Below are positions 1 through 21,674 of a stretch of DNA of 64,000 nucleotides, one piece after another. Made by a program: the position numbers and the translations under genes. Every line of letters begins with the position of its first letter. Position 1 is the first letter of the stretch. Under the pieces are notes generated by a model that ran no database searches, was not told the origin of the DNA, and saw nothing but the letters and a program-made list of their open reading frames with translations. This DNA is from the human T2T-CHM13v2.0 reference genome, Homo sapiens, in the NCBI RefSeq assembly GCF_009914755.1, contig NC_060931.1. One strand, given 5' to 3'.

Positions 1-1290
<1,290 letters not shown>

Positions 1291-1407
1291 TAAATGAAAA
1301 GATGTTCCACAACATCCTTATTCATTATAGAAATGCAAATTAAGACCACAATTTGATAACACTACCTATCCACTAGAATGGCTAAAATTGAAAACCTTAA
1401 TATAAAA

Positions 1408-1454
1408 CATTAAAAGTAATGGCAAAAACCAGGATTACTTTTGCACCCACCTAA
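1408..1454. mobile_element. Half MADE1 (Hsmar1-derived MITE, one TIR)
   Basis: cattaaaagtaatggcaaaaaccaggattacttttgcacccacctaa followed by TA. Confidence 0.85.
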
Positions 1455-1554
1455 TATTACCAAATATTGATAAGAATGTGGAGCAACTGGAACATTCATA
1501 GATTGTTGGTAGAAGTTTATAATAGTAAAACCATTTTGTAAGCCTTTCTGGCAA

Positions 1555-1859
1555 TTTTTTTTTTTTTTTGAGATGGAGTCTCACTCTGTTGCCCAGGCTA
1601 GAGTGCAGTGGTGTAATCTCAGCTCACTGCAAATCTGGCCCCCTGGTTTAAGCAATTATCCTACCTCAGCCTCCCGAGTAGCCATGATTACAGGCACCCA
1701 CCACCATACCTGGCTAATTTTTTTTTTCTTTGTATTTTTAGTAAAGATGGGTTTTCGCCATGTTGGCCAGGCTGGTCTTGAACTCCTGACCTCAGGTGAT
1801 CTGCCTGCCTCAACTTTCTAAAGTGCTAGGATTACAGGTGTGAGCCGCCATGCCTGGCC
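1555..1859 (-). mobile_element. AluS, full length
   Basis: Poly-T, both monomers; TSD ccttt(c/t)tggcaatt on both sides. Confidence 0.95.
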
Positions 1860-2877
1860 ACCTTTTTGGCAATTTCTAATAACAATAAAAATACATCTAC
1901 CTCATGACTCAGCAATTCTATTGTTAGGTATATATTTAAGAGAAATGACATATCTAATAAAAGACTCACAAAAGAATAGTACTTAAATAAGAATGTGAGT
2001 GATTAACATACCAACCCAAATCTGGAAACATCCCAAATGTCTATTGATTAGCAAATGAGTAAATTTTGATAAATTCATATACCAAAATACTATTTGGTAA
2101 TTTAAAAAATTTTTAATTCAGCAATAATTCTGATACATGAATAAATTGCAAAAATATTGTGTTAAACCACAGAAGCCAGATACAAGGGAATATATACTGT
2201 ATGATTACAGTTTTACCAAATTCTTGAAGAGAATTATTTTGACAGAAAGGAGATCTGGGATACTTTGCAGTTCAGGATAGAGTTTGACTTCAGAGGGGCT
2301 CAACAGATCCTTTTAGAGTAATTGAAACATTCTGAATCTTGATTATAGTGGTGGTTACGTAGTTGTATATGTTTGTCAAAACTCATTAAACTATACACTT
2401 AAAATATGCATATTTTGTTGCATGTAAATTATGTCTATATTGAGTCGATTAAAAAATCATTTAAGGATATTGTCCAGTTACATAAAAGATGACTTGAAAT
2501 AATAAACTCCCTGGTAAGATTCTGAATGAAAAAAAATGTAGTGTTAAACTTTAAATACAGTGAAACATAGATTTAAATATAATCAAACCATATGGTATCT
2601 ATACAAAATAAAATCAAGTTTTTACAATTACTATTATAAAGGTATTAGTGATAATAAGACATAAAGTAGTTGGAAGCAAAATTCATAATCAAATCTTAAT
2701 TGCCTTGCTGTCTACAATTCAAAAATGTAATGCAACAACACTCGTTCAAGTAACAACACAAAAGCAAAAACACTTAAGCATACACTTGAAAGGAAATATA
2801 AATGACATATATAGAAATATTTTGTAATTCCACTGTGGAAAGTTAAATCAGGGTATACTTGAATAATATAAAACTAG

Positions 2878-3735
2878 TTTGGTTGACTATTGCTGCATTG
2901 CAAACAACCCCAAAACTAAGTAGCTTAAAATATTTATTTATCTGTGGCTTTCCTGGAGTTTAGCTGGCCTGGGAGGAATTTGGCTGGGCACGTCTGCTTT
3001 TTCCTATAATTCTGTAGGTTTGCTGGGGTGCTTCCTTTTCAGATTGTGGTAGCTGGGATGGATCTGCTTTCTAACTCTTTCATCTTCCTTCTGGGACCTA
3101 AAATAAAGCTAGATAAAGTTCTAATGGCAGTGACAAAGCTCAAGAGGGCATCCCTATGACCCAAGAGCATTTCAAATTCTGCTGCGTTACTTCTGCTAAT
3201 ATATTATTGACCAAAGCAATTCCACATGTTCATGGCTAAAGTCAATGGGCAGAAAAAAAAATTACCTTTCCTATGAAGGCATACAAGAGACTGCAAAGTT
3301 ACATGGAAGTGTTGTGTTATGGACTGAACATTTGTGTTTCCCCTAAATGTATAAGTCAAAGCCCTAACTCCCAATATGATGATATTAAGAGGTAGATTCT
3401 TTGAAAGATAATTAGGTTTAGATAAAGTCATGAGGGTAAAGCCCCCATGATGAGATTAGTGCTCTTGTAAGAGGAAGGCAACAGCTTCCTCTTTCCACTA
3501 TGTGAGGACAGAGCGAGAAGTTGGCTATCTTTAAGCAAGGAAGCAGGCTCTCACCAAGAATCAAATCTGTTGGCACCTTGATCTTGGATTTCTCAGCCTT
3601 CATAACTATGATAGAATAAATTTCTATTGTTTAAGCTGCCCAGTCTATGGTATTTTGTTATCTCATCCAAACTAGACTAAAACAGATTGTCATACAGAGG
3701 TAGTTGAATAATTGGGCCAATAATGCAATCTACCA
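2878..3735 (-). mobile_element. Old MaLR LTR (MLT1I/J-like) split by a younger MLT1A
   Basis: tattgctgcattgcaaacaaccccaaaactaagtagcttaaaa ... ggccaataatgcaatctacca. Confidence 0.6.
3313..3683 (+). mobile_element. MLT1A-type MaLR LTR
   Basis: tgttatggactgaacatttgtgtttccc ... aataaatttctattgtttaagctgcccagtctatgg ... actaaaaca. Confidence 0.85.
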
Positions 3736-3775
3736 AAAAGACTTATCTGGATTTTAGACAGAAACAGGCAGTCAT

Positions 3776-3935
3776 TGTGGTAGTTTTAAATCACTTACAC
3801 AAATTTGTTGATGCTCCTCTCATAAAGAGGAGTCCACAATCCCTCCACTTGAACCAGGGAGGACTCATCAATGAATAGAATGTGCCAGTAGAGATGCTAC
3901 ATGACTTCTGAGGCTTTGTTAGCAAAGGCCCCATG
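3776..3935 (+). mobile_element. MLT1G/H-like LTR fragment
   Basis: tgtggtagttttaaat...aatagaatgtgcc...atgacttctgaggct. Confidence 0.55.
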
Positions 3936-4250
3936 CTTTTAAAAAAAAAAAATCCCTCAATCCTTCTGAATAATAATTATTGTGCTAAATAAATGTGTTA
4001 ATTTGCATAATATGTTAGTAAATATGTTTGGTTAGAGTGACTAAACTATATCTAATAATGAACACCTTTAATTGTGCTTACCTTCACATTTTAAAAATTG
4101 TTTTATTTACAATCTATAAACAAATTAAAAAATAGAAAAATGACTTTTGGCTTTGCTTACAGAACTCAGCTTTCAAACCATATGACTCACAATAATTAAG
4201 AATAAAATAATTGTATAAGGCCAATTTTTTCCTGATTATTGTACAAAGAA

Positions 4251-4447
4251 GTTGCGAGAGCTGCTTCTCTCTCTCGCAACTATATATGTGTATATACATA
4301 TATAATATACACATATATATGTGTATATTATATATGTATATATGTGTGTATATATTATATACATATATGTGTGTATATATATTATATACACATATATAGT
4401 TGCGAGAGAGAGATATATATATATATAATTGCAAGAGAGAGAAGCAG
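4251..4447. repeat. (TA/CA/TG)n microsatellite flanked by inverted repeats
   Basis: tctctctctcgcaactatatatgtgtata ... tatacacatatatagttgcgagagagaga are reverse complements. Confidence 0.9.
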
Positions 4448-4779
4448 GGAGCACACAGATTCATAAAGCAAATATTACTAGATCTAAAGAGAAAGATAAA
4501 CTACAATACAATAATAGACCCCATTCTCAGCATAAGACAGATTAGCTAGACAGAAATTCAACTAAGAAACACTGGGTTTAAACTGGACTTCAGACCAAAT
4601 GGATGTTATAGAGGTTTACAGAACATTTTATCTAACTGTCTGCATACATTCTTTTCACTAGCACATGAAACATTCATCAGGGTAGACAATATGTTAGGAC
4701 ACAAAACAAGTCTAAAAAATTTTGGATCAAAATTATATCAAGTATCTTCTCAGACCGCAATAGAATAAAACTAGAAATC

Positions 4780-5844
4780 TATCAGGGAATCTGCCCCGAT
4801 ACTCACGTAGGTTCTTTTCTATTTTCCTTAAGCATCGGCCAGCTTGAGAAATAAAGGGACAAAGTACAAAAGAGAGAAATTTTAAAGCTGGGCATCCAGG
4901 GGAGACATCACATGTCGGTAGGTTCCGTGATGCCCCACAAACCGCAAAAACCAGCAAGTTTTTATTAGGGAGTTTCAAAAGGAGAGGGAGTGTGCGAATA
5001 GGTGTGGGTCACAGACATCAAGTACTTTACAAGGTAATAGAATATCACAAGGCAAGTGGAGGCAGGGCGAGATCACAGGACTATAGGACCGGGGCGAAAT
5101 TAAAATTGCTAATGAAGTTTTGGGCACCATTGTCATTGACATCTTATCAGGAGACAGGGTTTTGAGATCAACCAGTCTGACCAAAATTTATTAGGCGGGA
5201 ATTTCCTCTTCCTAATAAGCCTGGGAGCACTATGGGAGACTGGGGTCTATTTCACCCCTGCAGTCTCGACCACAGGAGATGGCCATGCCCAGGGGATCCA
5301 GTTCAGAGACCCACCCCCAGGTGCGCATTCTCTTTCTCAGGGATGTTCCTTGCTGAGAAAAAGAATTCAGCGATATTTCTCCCATTTGCTTTTGAAAGAA
5401 GAGAAATATGGCTGTGTTCCGCCCGGGTCACCAGCGGTAAGAGTTTAAGGTTATCTCTCTTGTTTCCTAAACATTGCTGTTATCCTGTTCTTTTTTTCAA
5501 GGTGCCCAGATTTCATATTGCTCAAACCCACATGCTGTACAATTTGTGCAGTTAATGCAATTATTACAGGGTCCTGAGGCGATATACATCCTCCTCAGCT
5601 GACAGGATTAAGAGATTAAAGTAAAGACAGGCATAGGAAATCACAAGGGTATTGATTGGGGAAGTGATAAGTGTCCATGAAATCTTTACAATTTATGTTT
5701 AGAGATTGCAATAAAGACAGACATAAGAAATGATAAAAGTATTAATTTGGAACTAATAAATGTCCATGAAATCTTCACAATCCACGTTCTTCTGCCATGG
5801 CTTCAGCCGGTCCCTCCGTTTGGGGTCCCTGACTTCCCACAACA
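4780..5844 (-). mobile_element. MER11 solo LTR (HERV-K HML-8 group)
   Basis: Minus strand starts tgttgtgggaagtcagggaccccaaacggagggaccggctgaagccatggcagaagaac; 6-bp TSD gaaatc at 4774-4779 and 5845-5850. Confidence 0.92.
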
Positions 5845-6519
5845 GAAATCAACATCAAGATGAACATTGAAAACAATACAACTAAATGGAAATGTAAAAA
5901 CATGCTCCTGAATGACCCCTGAGTGAATGAAGAAATTAAGGTGGACATTTAAAAAAATTTCTTGAAACAAATGAAAATGGAAATACAATCCACCAAAACT
6001 TGTGGAATACAGCAAAAACAGTGTAATGAGGGAATTTCATAGTAACAAATGCTTACCTCGAGAAAGTAGAAAGATTACAAATGAACAATCTAATGAAGCC
6101 CCTTAAGAAATTAGAAAAACATGAAAAAACCAAAGCCAGATTTAGCAGAAGAAATAATAAAGAGCAAAACTAAACAAAATACAGACTTAAAAATATACGA
6201 AGGATCAAGGAAACAAAAAGTTGGTTCTTAGAAAAGATAAACAAAATTGATAAACTTCTAGCTAGACTAACCAAGAAATAAAAAGAGAACACCCAAATAA
6301 ATCAGAAAAGGGAGACATTACAATGGGTACCACAGAAATATGAAAGGTCATCAGAGAATATTATGATCAGCTATGTACAGATAAACTGGAAAACCTAGAG
6401 GAAATGGATAAATTCCTAGAAATATACAACCTACCAAGATTGAATCCAGAGGAAACACGGAACCTTAACAGACTGATAACAAGTAGTCAGATTGAATCAG
6501 TAGTAAGTCTCCCAATAAA

Positions 6520-7443
6520 CTTAAGCAAATTTACAAGAAAACCCCATTAAAAAGTGGTCAAAGGATATGAACAGATGCTTCTCAAAAAAGGACATACATG
6601 TGGCAAACAAACATATGAAAAACAGCTCAACATCACTGATCATTAGAGAAATGCAATCAAAACCACAGTGAAATACCATCTCATGCCAGTCAGAATGGCA
6701 ATTCTTAAAAAGTCAGGAAACAACAAATGCTGATGAGGTTGCAGAGAAATAGGAATGCTTTTACACTGTTGGTTGGAATGTAAATTAATTCAACCATTGT
6801 GGAAGATAGTGTGGTGAGTCATCAAAGATTTGGAACCGGAAATACCATTTGACCCAGCAATCCCATTACTGGTTATATACCCAAAGGAATATAAATCATT
6901 CTATTATAGAGATACATACATGCATATGTTCATTGCACCACTATTCACAATAGCAAGGACATGGGATCAACCCAAATGCCCATCAATGATAGACTGAATA
7001 AAGAAAATGTGATACACATACACCATGGAATACTATGCAGCCATAAAAAGGAATGGGATCATGTCCTTTTCAGGAACATGGATAAAGCTGGAAGCCATCA
7101 TCCTCAGCAAACTAATTCAGGAACAGAAAACCAAACACAACATGTTTTCATTTATAAGTGGGAGCTGAGCAACAAGAACACATGGACACAGGAAGGGAAA
7201 CAACACTTTCTGGGGCCTGACAGGAGAGGGTGTGTGGGGAGAGCATTAGGGAAAAGAGCTAATGCATGCTGGGCTTAATACCTGGGTGATAGGTTGGTAG
7301 GTGCAGCAAACCACCATGGCACACGTTTGCCTATGTAACAAACCTGCATATCTGCACATGTGCCCCAGAACTTAAAAAATATTATTATTTTTAAAAAATG
7401 TAACAACAAACAAATTTTAAAAATTAAATTTAAAAAATTTTAA
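6520..7443 (+). mobile_element. 5'-truncated L1PA (about PA10-PA13) 3' end
   Basis: L1PA 3'UTR (ggtgcagcaaaccaccatggcacacg); exact 15-bp TSD aagtctcccaataaa at 6505-6519 and 7444-7458. Confidence 0.9.
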
Positions 7444-7880
7444 AAGTCTCCCAATAAAGAAATGCCCAGGGCTGGTTAGATTCATAGCCAAATTCTACAA
7501 AACATACAAAGAAGTAATACCAATCTTCTTGGAACTATTCCAGAAAATCAAAGAGGAGAGAGTTCTCCCCAACTCATTCTATGAGGCCAGCATCACTCTG
7601 ATTTTAAAACCAGACAAGCGCACAACAAAAAATGAAAACTTCAAGCCAGTATCCCTGATGAGCATAGATGCAAAAATCCATAACAAAATACTCGCAAACC
7701 AAATTCAACAGCACATCAAAAAGGTAATGCATCATAATCAAGTGTGATTTATACCAAGAATGCAAGGGTGATTCAACATACACAAATCACTAAACATGAA
7801 ACATCACATCAACAGAAGAAAGGACAAAAGCCATATGATTATCTCAGTAGATGCAGAAAAAGCATTTGAAAAAATTAAAC

Positions 7881-8466
7881 TATATTAATCAGGGACAGAA
7901 CTAGTAGGATATATGTATACATGAAAGGGAGTTTATTAGGGATAATTGTCTCACATGATTACAAGGTGAAATCTCACAGTAGGTCATCTGCAAGCTGGGG
8001 AAGAGAGAAGCAGGTAATGGTTCAGTACGAGTCTGAAAGCCTCAAAACCAGGAAAGCTGACAGTGTGGCCTTCAGTCTGCGGACAAAAGCCCAAGACTCC
8101 CCAGCGAGCCACTGGTGCAAGTCCTAGAGCGCAAAGGCCAAAGAATCTGAGGTTTGATGTTCAAGGGAAGGAGGAGTGAAAGGAAGCATCCAGCATGGGA
8201 AAAAGAATGAAGCTAAACAAGAAACAAAAAATTCAGCAAACAAGATTATCCCACCTTTTTCCACCTGTTTTGTTCTTGCCACCTTGGCAGCCAATTGGAT
8301 GATGCTCACCCAAATTGAGAGTGGGGCTTCCTCTCCCAGTCCACTGACTCAAGTGTCAGTCTCCTCTGGAAACACCCTCACAGACACACACTCAGAAACA
8401 TTACTTTACCAAACATCTAGGCATCCTTCAGTCCAATTAAGTTGACACTTAATACTAACTGTCACA
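7881..8466 (-). mobile_element. MLT2 (likely MLT2B) HERV-L solo LTR
   Basis: gggacagaactagtaggat...aagttgacacttaatactaactgtcaca; 5-bp TSD taaac/tcaac; host L1 resumes. Confidence 0.85.
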
Positions 8467-11238
8467 TCAACATTCCTTCATGATTAAAAAAAAAACTTCT
8501 CACTAAACTAGACAGAGAACGAACATACCTCAAAATAATAAAGCCTTTATATGACAAACCCGCAGCTGACATCATAGTGAATGTGGGAAAGTTGAAATTC
8601 CTTCCTCTAAAAACTGGAACAAGACAAGACGCCCACTTTCCCCACTCCTATTCAACATAGTACTGGAAGTCCTAGCCAGAGAAATCAAGCAAAAGAATGA
8701 AATAAAAGGCATCCAAACTGGAAAAGAGGAAGTCAAATTGTCCCTCTTTGTTGATGATTTGGAAAACCTAAAGAGTCCACCCAAAAACTCTCACATTTGA
8801 TAAATGAATTTAGTAAAGATGCAGGACAATCAGTGTACAAAAATCAGTAGTGTTTCTATACACCAATAACAATCAAATAGATAATCAAATCAAAAGGCAA
8901 TCCCATTTACAATAACTACCTAAAAAATAAAATACATGGGAATGAATTTAACCAAGAAGGTGAAAGATCTCTACAAGGAAAACTACAAAACTCTAATGAA
9001 AAAAATTGAAGAGGACACAAACAAATGGAAAAACATTCTATGCTCATGGATTGGAAGAATCAATATTGTTTAAATGACCATAATGCCTACAGCAACCTAC
9101 AGATTCAGTGCAATCCCTACTGAAATACTAATGTCATTATTTGAATATTTAGGGAAAAGCAATTCTTTTTAAATAAGTAATAAATTAGAAAAAATTTATC
9201 ATATGGAACCAAAAAAGAGCCTGAATATCCAAAGCAATCCTGGGGAGGCAGGGCAGGGGGGAAAGCTGAAAGCATTACATTACTTAGCTTCAGAATATAT
9301 TACAAGGCCATAGTAACCAAAACATCACAGTCTTAGTACAAAGATAGACCACATAGACCAATGCAACAGCTTAGAGAACCCAGAAATAAAGTCACATATT
9401 TAACACAACTGATCTTTGACAAAGCTGACAAAAACCTACATTGAAGAAAGGACACCCTCTTCAACAAATGCTGCTGGGAAAATTAGATAGCCACATGCAT
9501 AAGAATGAAGTTGGACCCCTATCTCTCACCATATACAAAATTCAACTAAAGGTGGGTTAAAGACTTAAATGTAGGGCCCAAAGCCATGAAAGTACTAAAA
9601 GAAAACCTACAAAAAACATTCCAGGACATTGGTCTAGGCAAAAAATGTATGACTAAGACCCAAAAGTAAAAGCAACACAACTAGAAATAGATAAATGGGA
9701 CTATATTAAACTAAAAAGCTCATGCACAATGAAAGAAATAGTCAACAGAGTGAAGAGACAGCCTATTGAATGGGAGAAAATATTTGCATATTACTCATCC
9801 AACAGAGGGCTATATCCAGATTATACAAGGAACTCAAGCAACTCAACAGGAAAAAACAAATAATCCTATTAAAAAGTAGGCAAAGGACATGAATAGACAT
9901 TTCTCAAAAGAATACATGCAAATGGCCAATAAGTATATGAAAAAATGCCCAACATCACTAATCATCAAAGAAATGCAAATCAAAACCATGATGAGATATC
10001 CTCTTACTCAGTGAGAATAGCTATTATTAAAAAGACTTAACAGATGTTGCTGAGGATGTGGAGAAAAAGAAACTCTTATACACTGTTGTTGGGAATGTAA
10101 AGTAGTATGGTCACTATGGAAAATAGTGTGGGAGTTTCTCAAAAAACTAAAAATAGAATTATCAATCCAGCAATCCCACTACTGGGTATTTACCCAAAGG
10201 AAAAGAAGTCAATATTGCAAGGTGATACCTACAGTGACATGTTTATTACAGCACTATTCACAATAGCAAAGATATGGAATCAACCAAAATGTCCATCAAC
10301 TGATGAACGGATAAAGAAAATGTGGTATATATACACAATGTAATACTATTTGGCCATAAAAAAGAATGACTTCATTTCATTTGCACCGACCTGGATGGAA
10401 CTGGAGTTCATTATCTTAAATGAAACAGGCCAAGCAAAACAAGACAAATATCATGTGTTCTCACTTATATGTGAGAAGTAACAAATTTTATCACATGGAG
10501 GTAGAGAATGAAAAGGTAGATAACAGGGACTGGGAAGGATGATTTGAGGGAGGAGGAGAGAATGAAGAGAAGTGGGTTAGAGTGTATGAACATACAGTAA
10601 GATAGAAGGAATAAATTCAATGTTTGTTAACAGAGGCTTATATTCAATGTTTGATAACAGGACGCCTGTATTAACAAAAATGTATTGTACTCGGGTGATA
10701 GACACCCTAGAAACCCTGACTTGATCACTCTGAATAATATACATGTAAAAAAATTCATGTATGCCCCATAATATTTTTACAAATCTTTTAAAAAGAAATA
10801 CTAAAATAAATTATCCAGGCTAAAATAAACTGATACCAGATGGAAGCATAGAAGTGCAGAAAGAAATGAAGAAAAGGTAAGTATGTGGGTAAATATGAAT
10901 TTTTAAAAAGTATTTAAATCAGGAACAACATCAATGTCTTACAGAGTTTATAACAAATGTAGAAGTGAAATATACAATGGTAATAGCATGAAGGGCAGGA
11001 GATTGGTAAATGTAGTTAAGCTGTGGAAAGGTTTTTTCCCCCCTTTTCTTTTTTCTTTACAAAAATAAGTTACAAAAGGTTTCTAAATTGCTCATAAAAT
11101 GGTAAAATTATTAACAATGTAGTCTGGAATAAGTCAAAGATTACTATACCCGATAACATAATCCCTCAAAGAATAATACAAAGAATATATCTAAAAAGCT
11201 ACAAAAGACAAAACAGTAATTTTTAAAATACTTGTTTA

Positions 11239-12245
<1,007 letters not shown>

Positions 12246-13693
12246 AGCTGACATGGTAGATTTAATCCAACTACACCAGTAACTACATTGCATGTAAGCA
12301 CTACAATCAAAAGAAGACAGTAAGACAGATTTTTTTAAATGGCCCAAATATATTCTATTCACAATAAACACACTTAAAAGTATAAAAATTGATATGCTGA
12401 AAGTATAAGAGTACAAAAATATATACCATGCAAATATTAACCAAGAGAAACCTGGTATAACTATATTAATTCAGTATAAGGCAAAGTAAACTATGATGTA
12501 GATAGCATTTCTAGAGTTAAAGATGTACATCTCATTATTAAAGAACCAATTCACCAGGAAGCAAAAAAAATTGTAATTTTATTTCCACCTAACCACAGTT
12601 TCAAAACATACAAAATAAAAATGGACAAAATCAAGAGAGAAATAATAGGTAAACCTTTGTGGATCACAGTAAAAGATACTAACACAACTCTTTCAGCAAT
12701 TATTACAACAAACAGACCAAAAAAAATCAGTAAGAATGTAGAAGATTTGAATAATACTATTAACCAATGTGACCTAAATGACATGTTGGGATTACTACAT
12801 CCAACAAATACAGAATACATAATTTTCAAGTGCACAAGAAATGTTACTGAAAATAGATCATACATTGGACCATGCATGTCTTCATAAATTACAAAAAAAG
12901 AAATTATACAGTATTAAATTAAAAATCTACAGCAGAAATAGAAAATTCCCTAAATATATGGATATTAAACAACACATTTCTAAGCAACTCAATAAGTAAG
13001 AAAGTAATCACAATGAAAATTAGAAAACACCTCAAACTCAATAAAAACTATGATGTGTCTACATTCTGGCATTTTACTTGGGAAAAAATATACTAGGTGT
13101 CAAAATTTGAGGAATACAATTAAGTACTGAAAGGGAAATTGTTTACTTTATATTCATATATTAGAAAAATGAAAAGTGGAAAAAACTGTTTCCATTCTCA
13201 AGAAAACAGAAAAAGAAGAGCAAATTAAACCGAAAAAAAACTTTAAAAAAAAGAAAATAATGAAGACAAGAATAAAAGTAAATTAAAAAGCAGGCGTACA
13301 ATAGAAGTAATCCATAGAAATAAAGTTAGTTCTTGGGAAATGTTTTAAAATTGATAACCCCTTCTAAGACTGATCTAGAAATTGTTAAAAATGATAAAAT
13401 ACAGGTTACACTATCAAAAATGGAAAAAATGCAATCACAATTAAAAGGGAACCATTCTAAATGCATTTATTAGAAAATTATAGAATAATTATAAATTTAG
13501 TGGATTGCATAAAGTAACAAAATTCCTTTAAAAACTTAACGAATACCAAAAGAAATAGAAAATATGAATCATCCTTTTTCTGTAAGTGTAATATAATTCT
13601 TTCCACAATGAAAACTTCAGGCCATGGTGACTTGACAAGCAAATTTTTTCAAACATTTAAGGAAGAAATCATACGAGTCTTATCCAAACTCTT

Positions 13694-19367
<5,674 letters not shown>

Positions 19368-20335
19368 CTTATCCAAACTCTTTAACACAAAAGAGCAAAA
19401 GGAAAGCCTCCCAATCTGTTCTGTGCATCCAACATAACTCTGATATCAAATTACCATATTCTAACAAGAACCTTAAGAAAATAATATTATAAGCAATATT
19501 TTCCCTAAACATTAGCTACATATATATTATTAATGAAGTGAATCATATATAACCACAAATATTAACCTATTTATATAAAATCACATATATTAACATATAT
19601 ACAATATATTTTTTAAATTTTATGAATGTAAGATTAGTTTAACATGTGAGAATAAAAACAATGTAATTTACCACATTAACAGAATAAATTTTTAAATGAT
19701 CATTTCAATAGATGGAATGAATAGCATTTTAAATAATTAAATTTGCATTTATGTTTAAAAAAATCAATTTCTCAGTAAGCGAGGAATACAGTGCACGAAT
19801 ACAATAGCACTTCCATAATTTGACAAAGTGTATTTACAAAAAAACGATTTCTATCATTATACTTAATGAGGAATTTTGAATGTTTTCTCCCTAAAACCTA
19901 GAAAAAGATCAACTTAATATCAACATAATTCTAACTGATAGGGTGTTAGAATTAGTCAATAAAAAAAAGAAAAAGAGATTGAACCATATGTTTTTGTACA
20001 TAGAAAGCTCTCAAATAATCTACAAAGAAACCATTGAATTAGATACTGAATTTGGTAAGATTGATGGATACAAGTTAAAGTACAAAAATCAACTGTATTT
20101 CTACATACTTTAATAGCAAAATAGAAAATATATTCCTTCTTATAAAATAGCAAAAAACTATTGGAAAAATAAATTTACAAATAATATATTAGAATTTTTA
20201 AAACTCAGATATAATTTATTGAAAGATGTGCAAATTCTCTTTACTAAAAAATATAAAATACTTATAAGGATCTATATTTATTCATTTTGCCTGAAATTAG
20301 GCATGGGCTTTCTAGGGCAGGAACTGATTATTACA

Positions 20336-20645
20336 GTCATTTTTTGATATGCATAGACTACTGGTTCCAGGACTACTTGTGGAAATAAAAATTCATAGAT
20401 GCCCATAAAATAGTATAGTATTTGCTTATCACCCATGCACATCCTCCCATATAAGTCATTAATAGATTACTTATAATACCTACTAAAATGTAAATGCTAT
20501 ATAAATAGTTATTATACTATTAGGTAATAATGACAAGAAACAATTCTGTGCATGTTCAATAAAGATGCTTTTTTAAAAAATATTTTTGATCTGCCATTGG
20601 CTGAATACATAGATTTGGAACTCTTGGATACAGAGGGTGTACTCT
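20336..20645 (+). mobile_element. MER2 (Tigger-family MITE)
   Basis: ggttccaggac...catgcacatcctccc...tagattacttataatacct...ggatacagagggt. Confidence 0.75.
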
Positions 20646-20649
20646 TTCT

Positions 20650-21130
20650 GCTCATAGCAATAACCACATGAACCCATTTGTCCCAATTACTTTTTCTTCG
20701 AGGAAGATGTGAAAAGAGTAAAGCAAATCAGTATTAGAGTCTATATTATTGGCTATAAGCTTTAAAAATTCCGTAGCTTATACAGGACAGGGACAGCTGT
20801 CCAGCTTTTCCTATTTAGGGTGGGAATGAAAGCCTTTGCTCCTTAATGTCAATATTCCTCAAAAAGAGAAAGGGAAAGATCCTGAGCTTTTACCTTTTGA
20901 AATGTAAATAAATGTCTTTGGGGGAAGATAAAACGAGCATCTATGTATTTATAACCAGGGGTTTTATCTCCATGGCCCAGGACTCAATCCCTTGAAATGA
21001 AAATACATACCTCTGTGAAGGTAAGTCTCTTGAATTCTCATTATTGATTCAATTATTATTTAACTGACAAGGCTTGTTTTTTAGCTCAGGTTTTGTTTTC
21101 TTTGCTTCAGAAAGCCCTAACCATACAAAT
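20650..21130 (+). mobile_element. Probable old ERV1 LTR fragment (MER34/MER39-like)
   Basis: ttgaaatgtaaat and cccttgaaatg motifs; weak resemblance only. Confidence 0.35.
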
Positions 21131-21674
21131 CCCTAAAATACAAAAACATTTTAAAATTTCTCTATAGCTCCATAAATACTATCTAGATTTTTTTAATATC
21201 TAAATAAATATTCACAGATATTTATTTAGACTTTTTAAAGATCGTAGTTATTAGAAAAATTACCTACATATTTAACACAGTTGCAATCCAAATGCCAGAA
21301 GAAAATTCACAGAGGGAATTAGAAAGTTGATTTAAATGTATACAGAACCACAAAGATCTAGGATATTCAAGAAAATTTTGAAAATGACAAATGTATAGGA
21401 CATATAGTACAGATTTTAAGACTTACTATAAAGCTGTAAGAATTAAGCAGTATAGTTTTAGTGCAAAGAATAGACAAAGAGTTCAATGGAACAGAAAAGT
21501 ATAGGATAAAAGCATGTATGTATGACAAATTAAGACTAATTAATTTCACTTCAATTTCAAAAGCAAATAAATTGTCTTTCCAATAATATTGCTGGACCAA
21601 TTGGATAGCCATATGGAGAAAGGAAGGAATTAACCCTGCTGATAGCATACTTAAAATATAATTTAGAATGGATG

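Larger units (their letters stand above)
1293..2460 (+). mobile_element. Old L1M 3' end (ORF2 C-terminus and 3'UTR), split by MADE1 and Alu
   Basis: agaaatgcaaattaagaccaca, gaatgtggagcaactggaac, aagccagatacaag, gtttgtcaaaactcat motifs. Confidence 0.7.
4448..10800 (+). mobile_element. 5'-truncated L1MA-class LINE (ORF2 to 3'UTR), host of three nested insertions
   Basis: Degenerate ORF2 peptides ([30 protein letters not shown]); L1MA-like 3'UTR at 10500-10790. Confidence 0.9.

Noticed and set aside
4114-4466. Tyr/Ile/His-rich ORFs on both strands (also 60688-61151)
   Set aside because: Translations of TA/CA microsatellites and Alu sequence.
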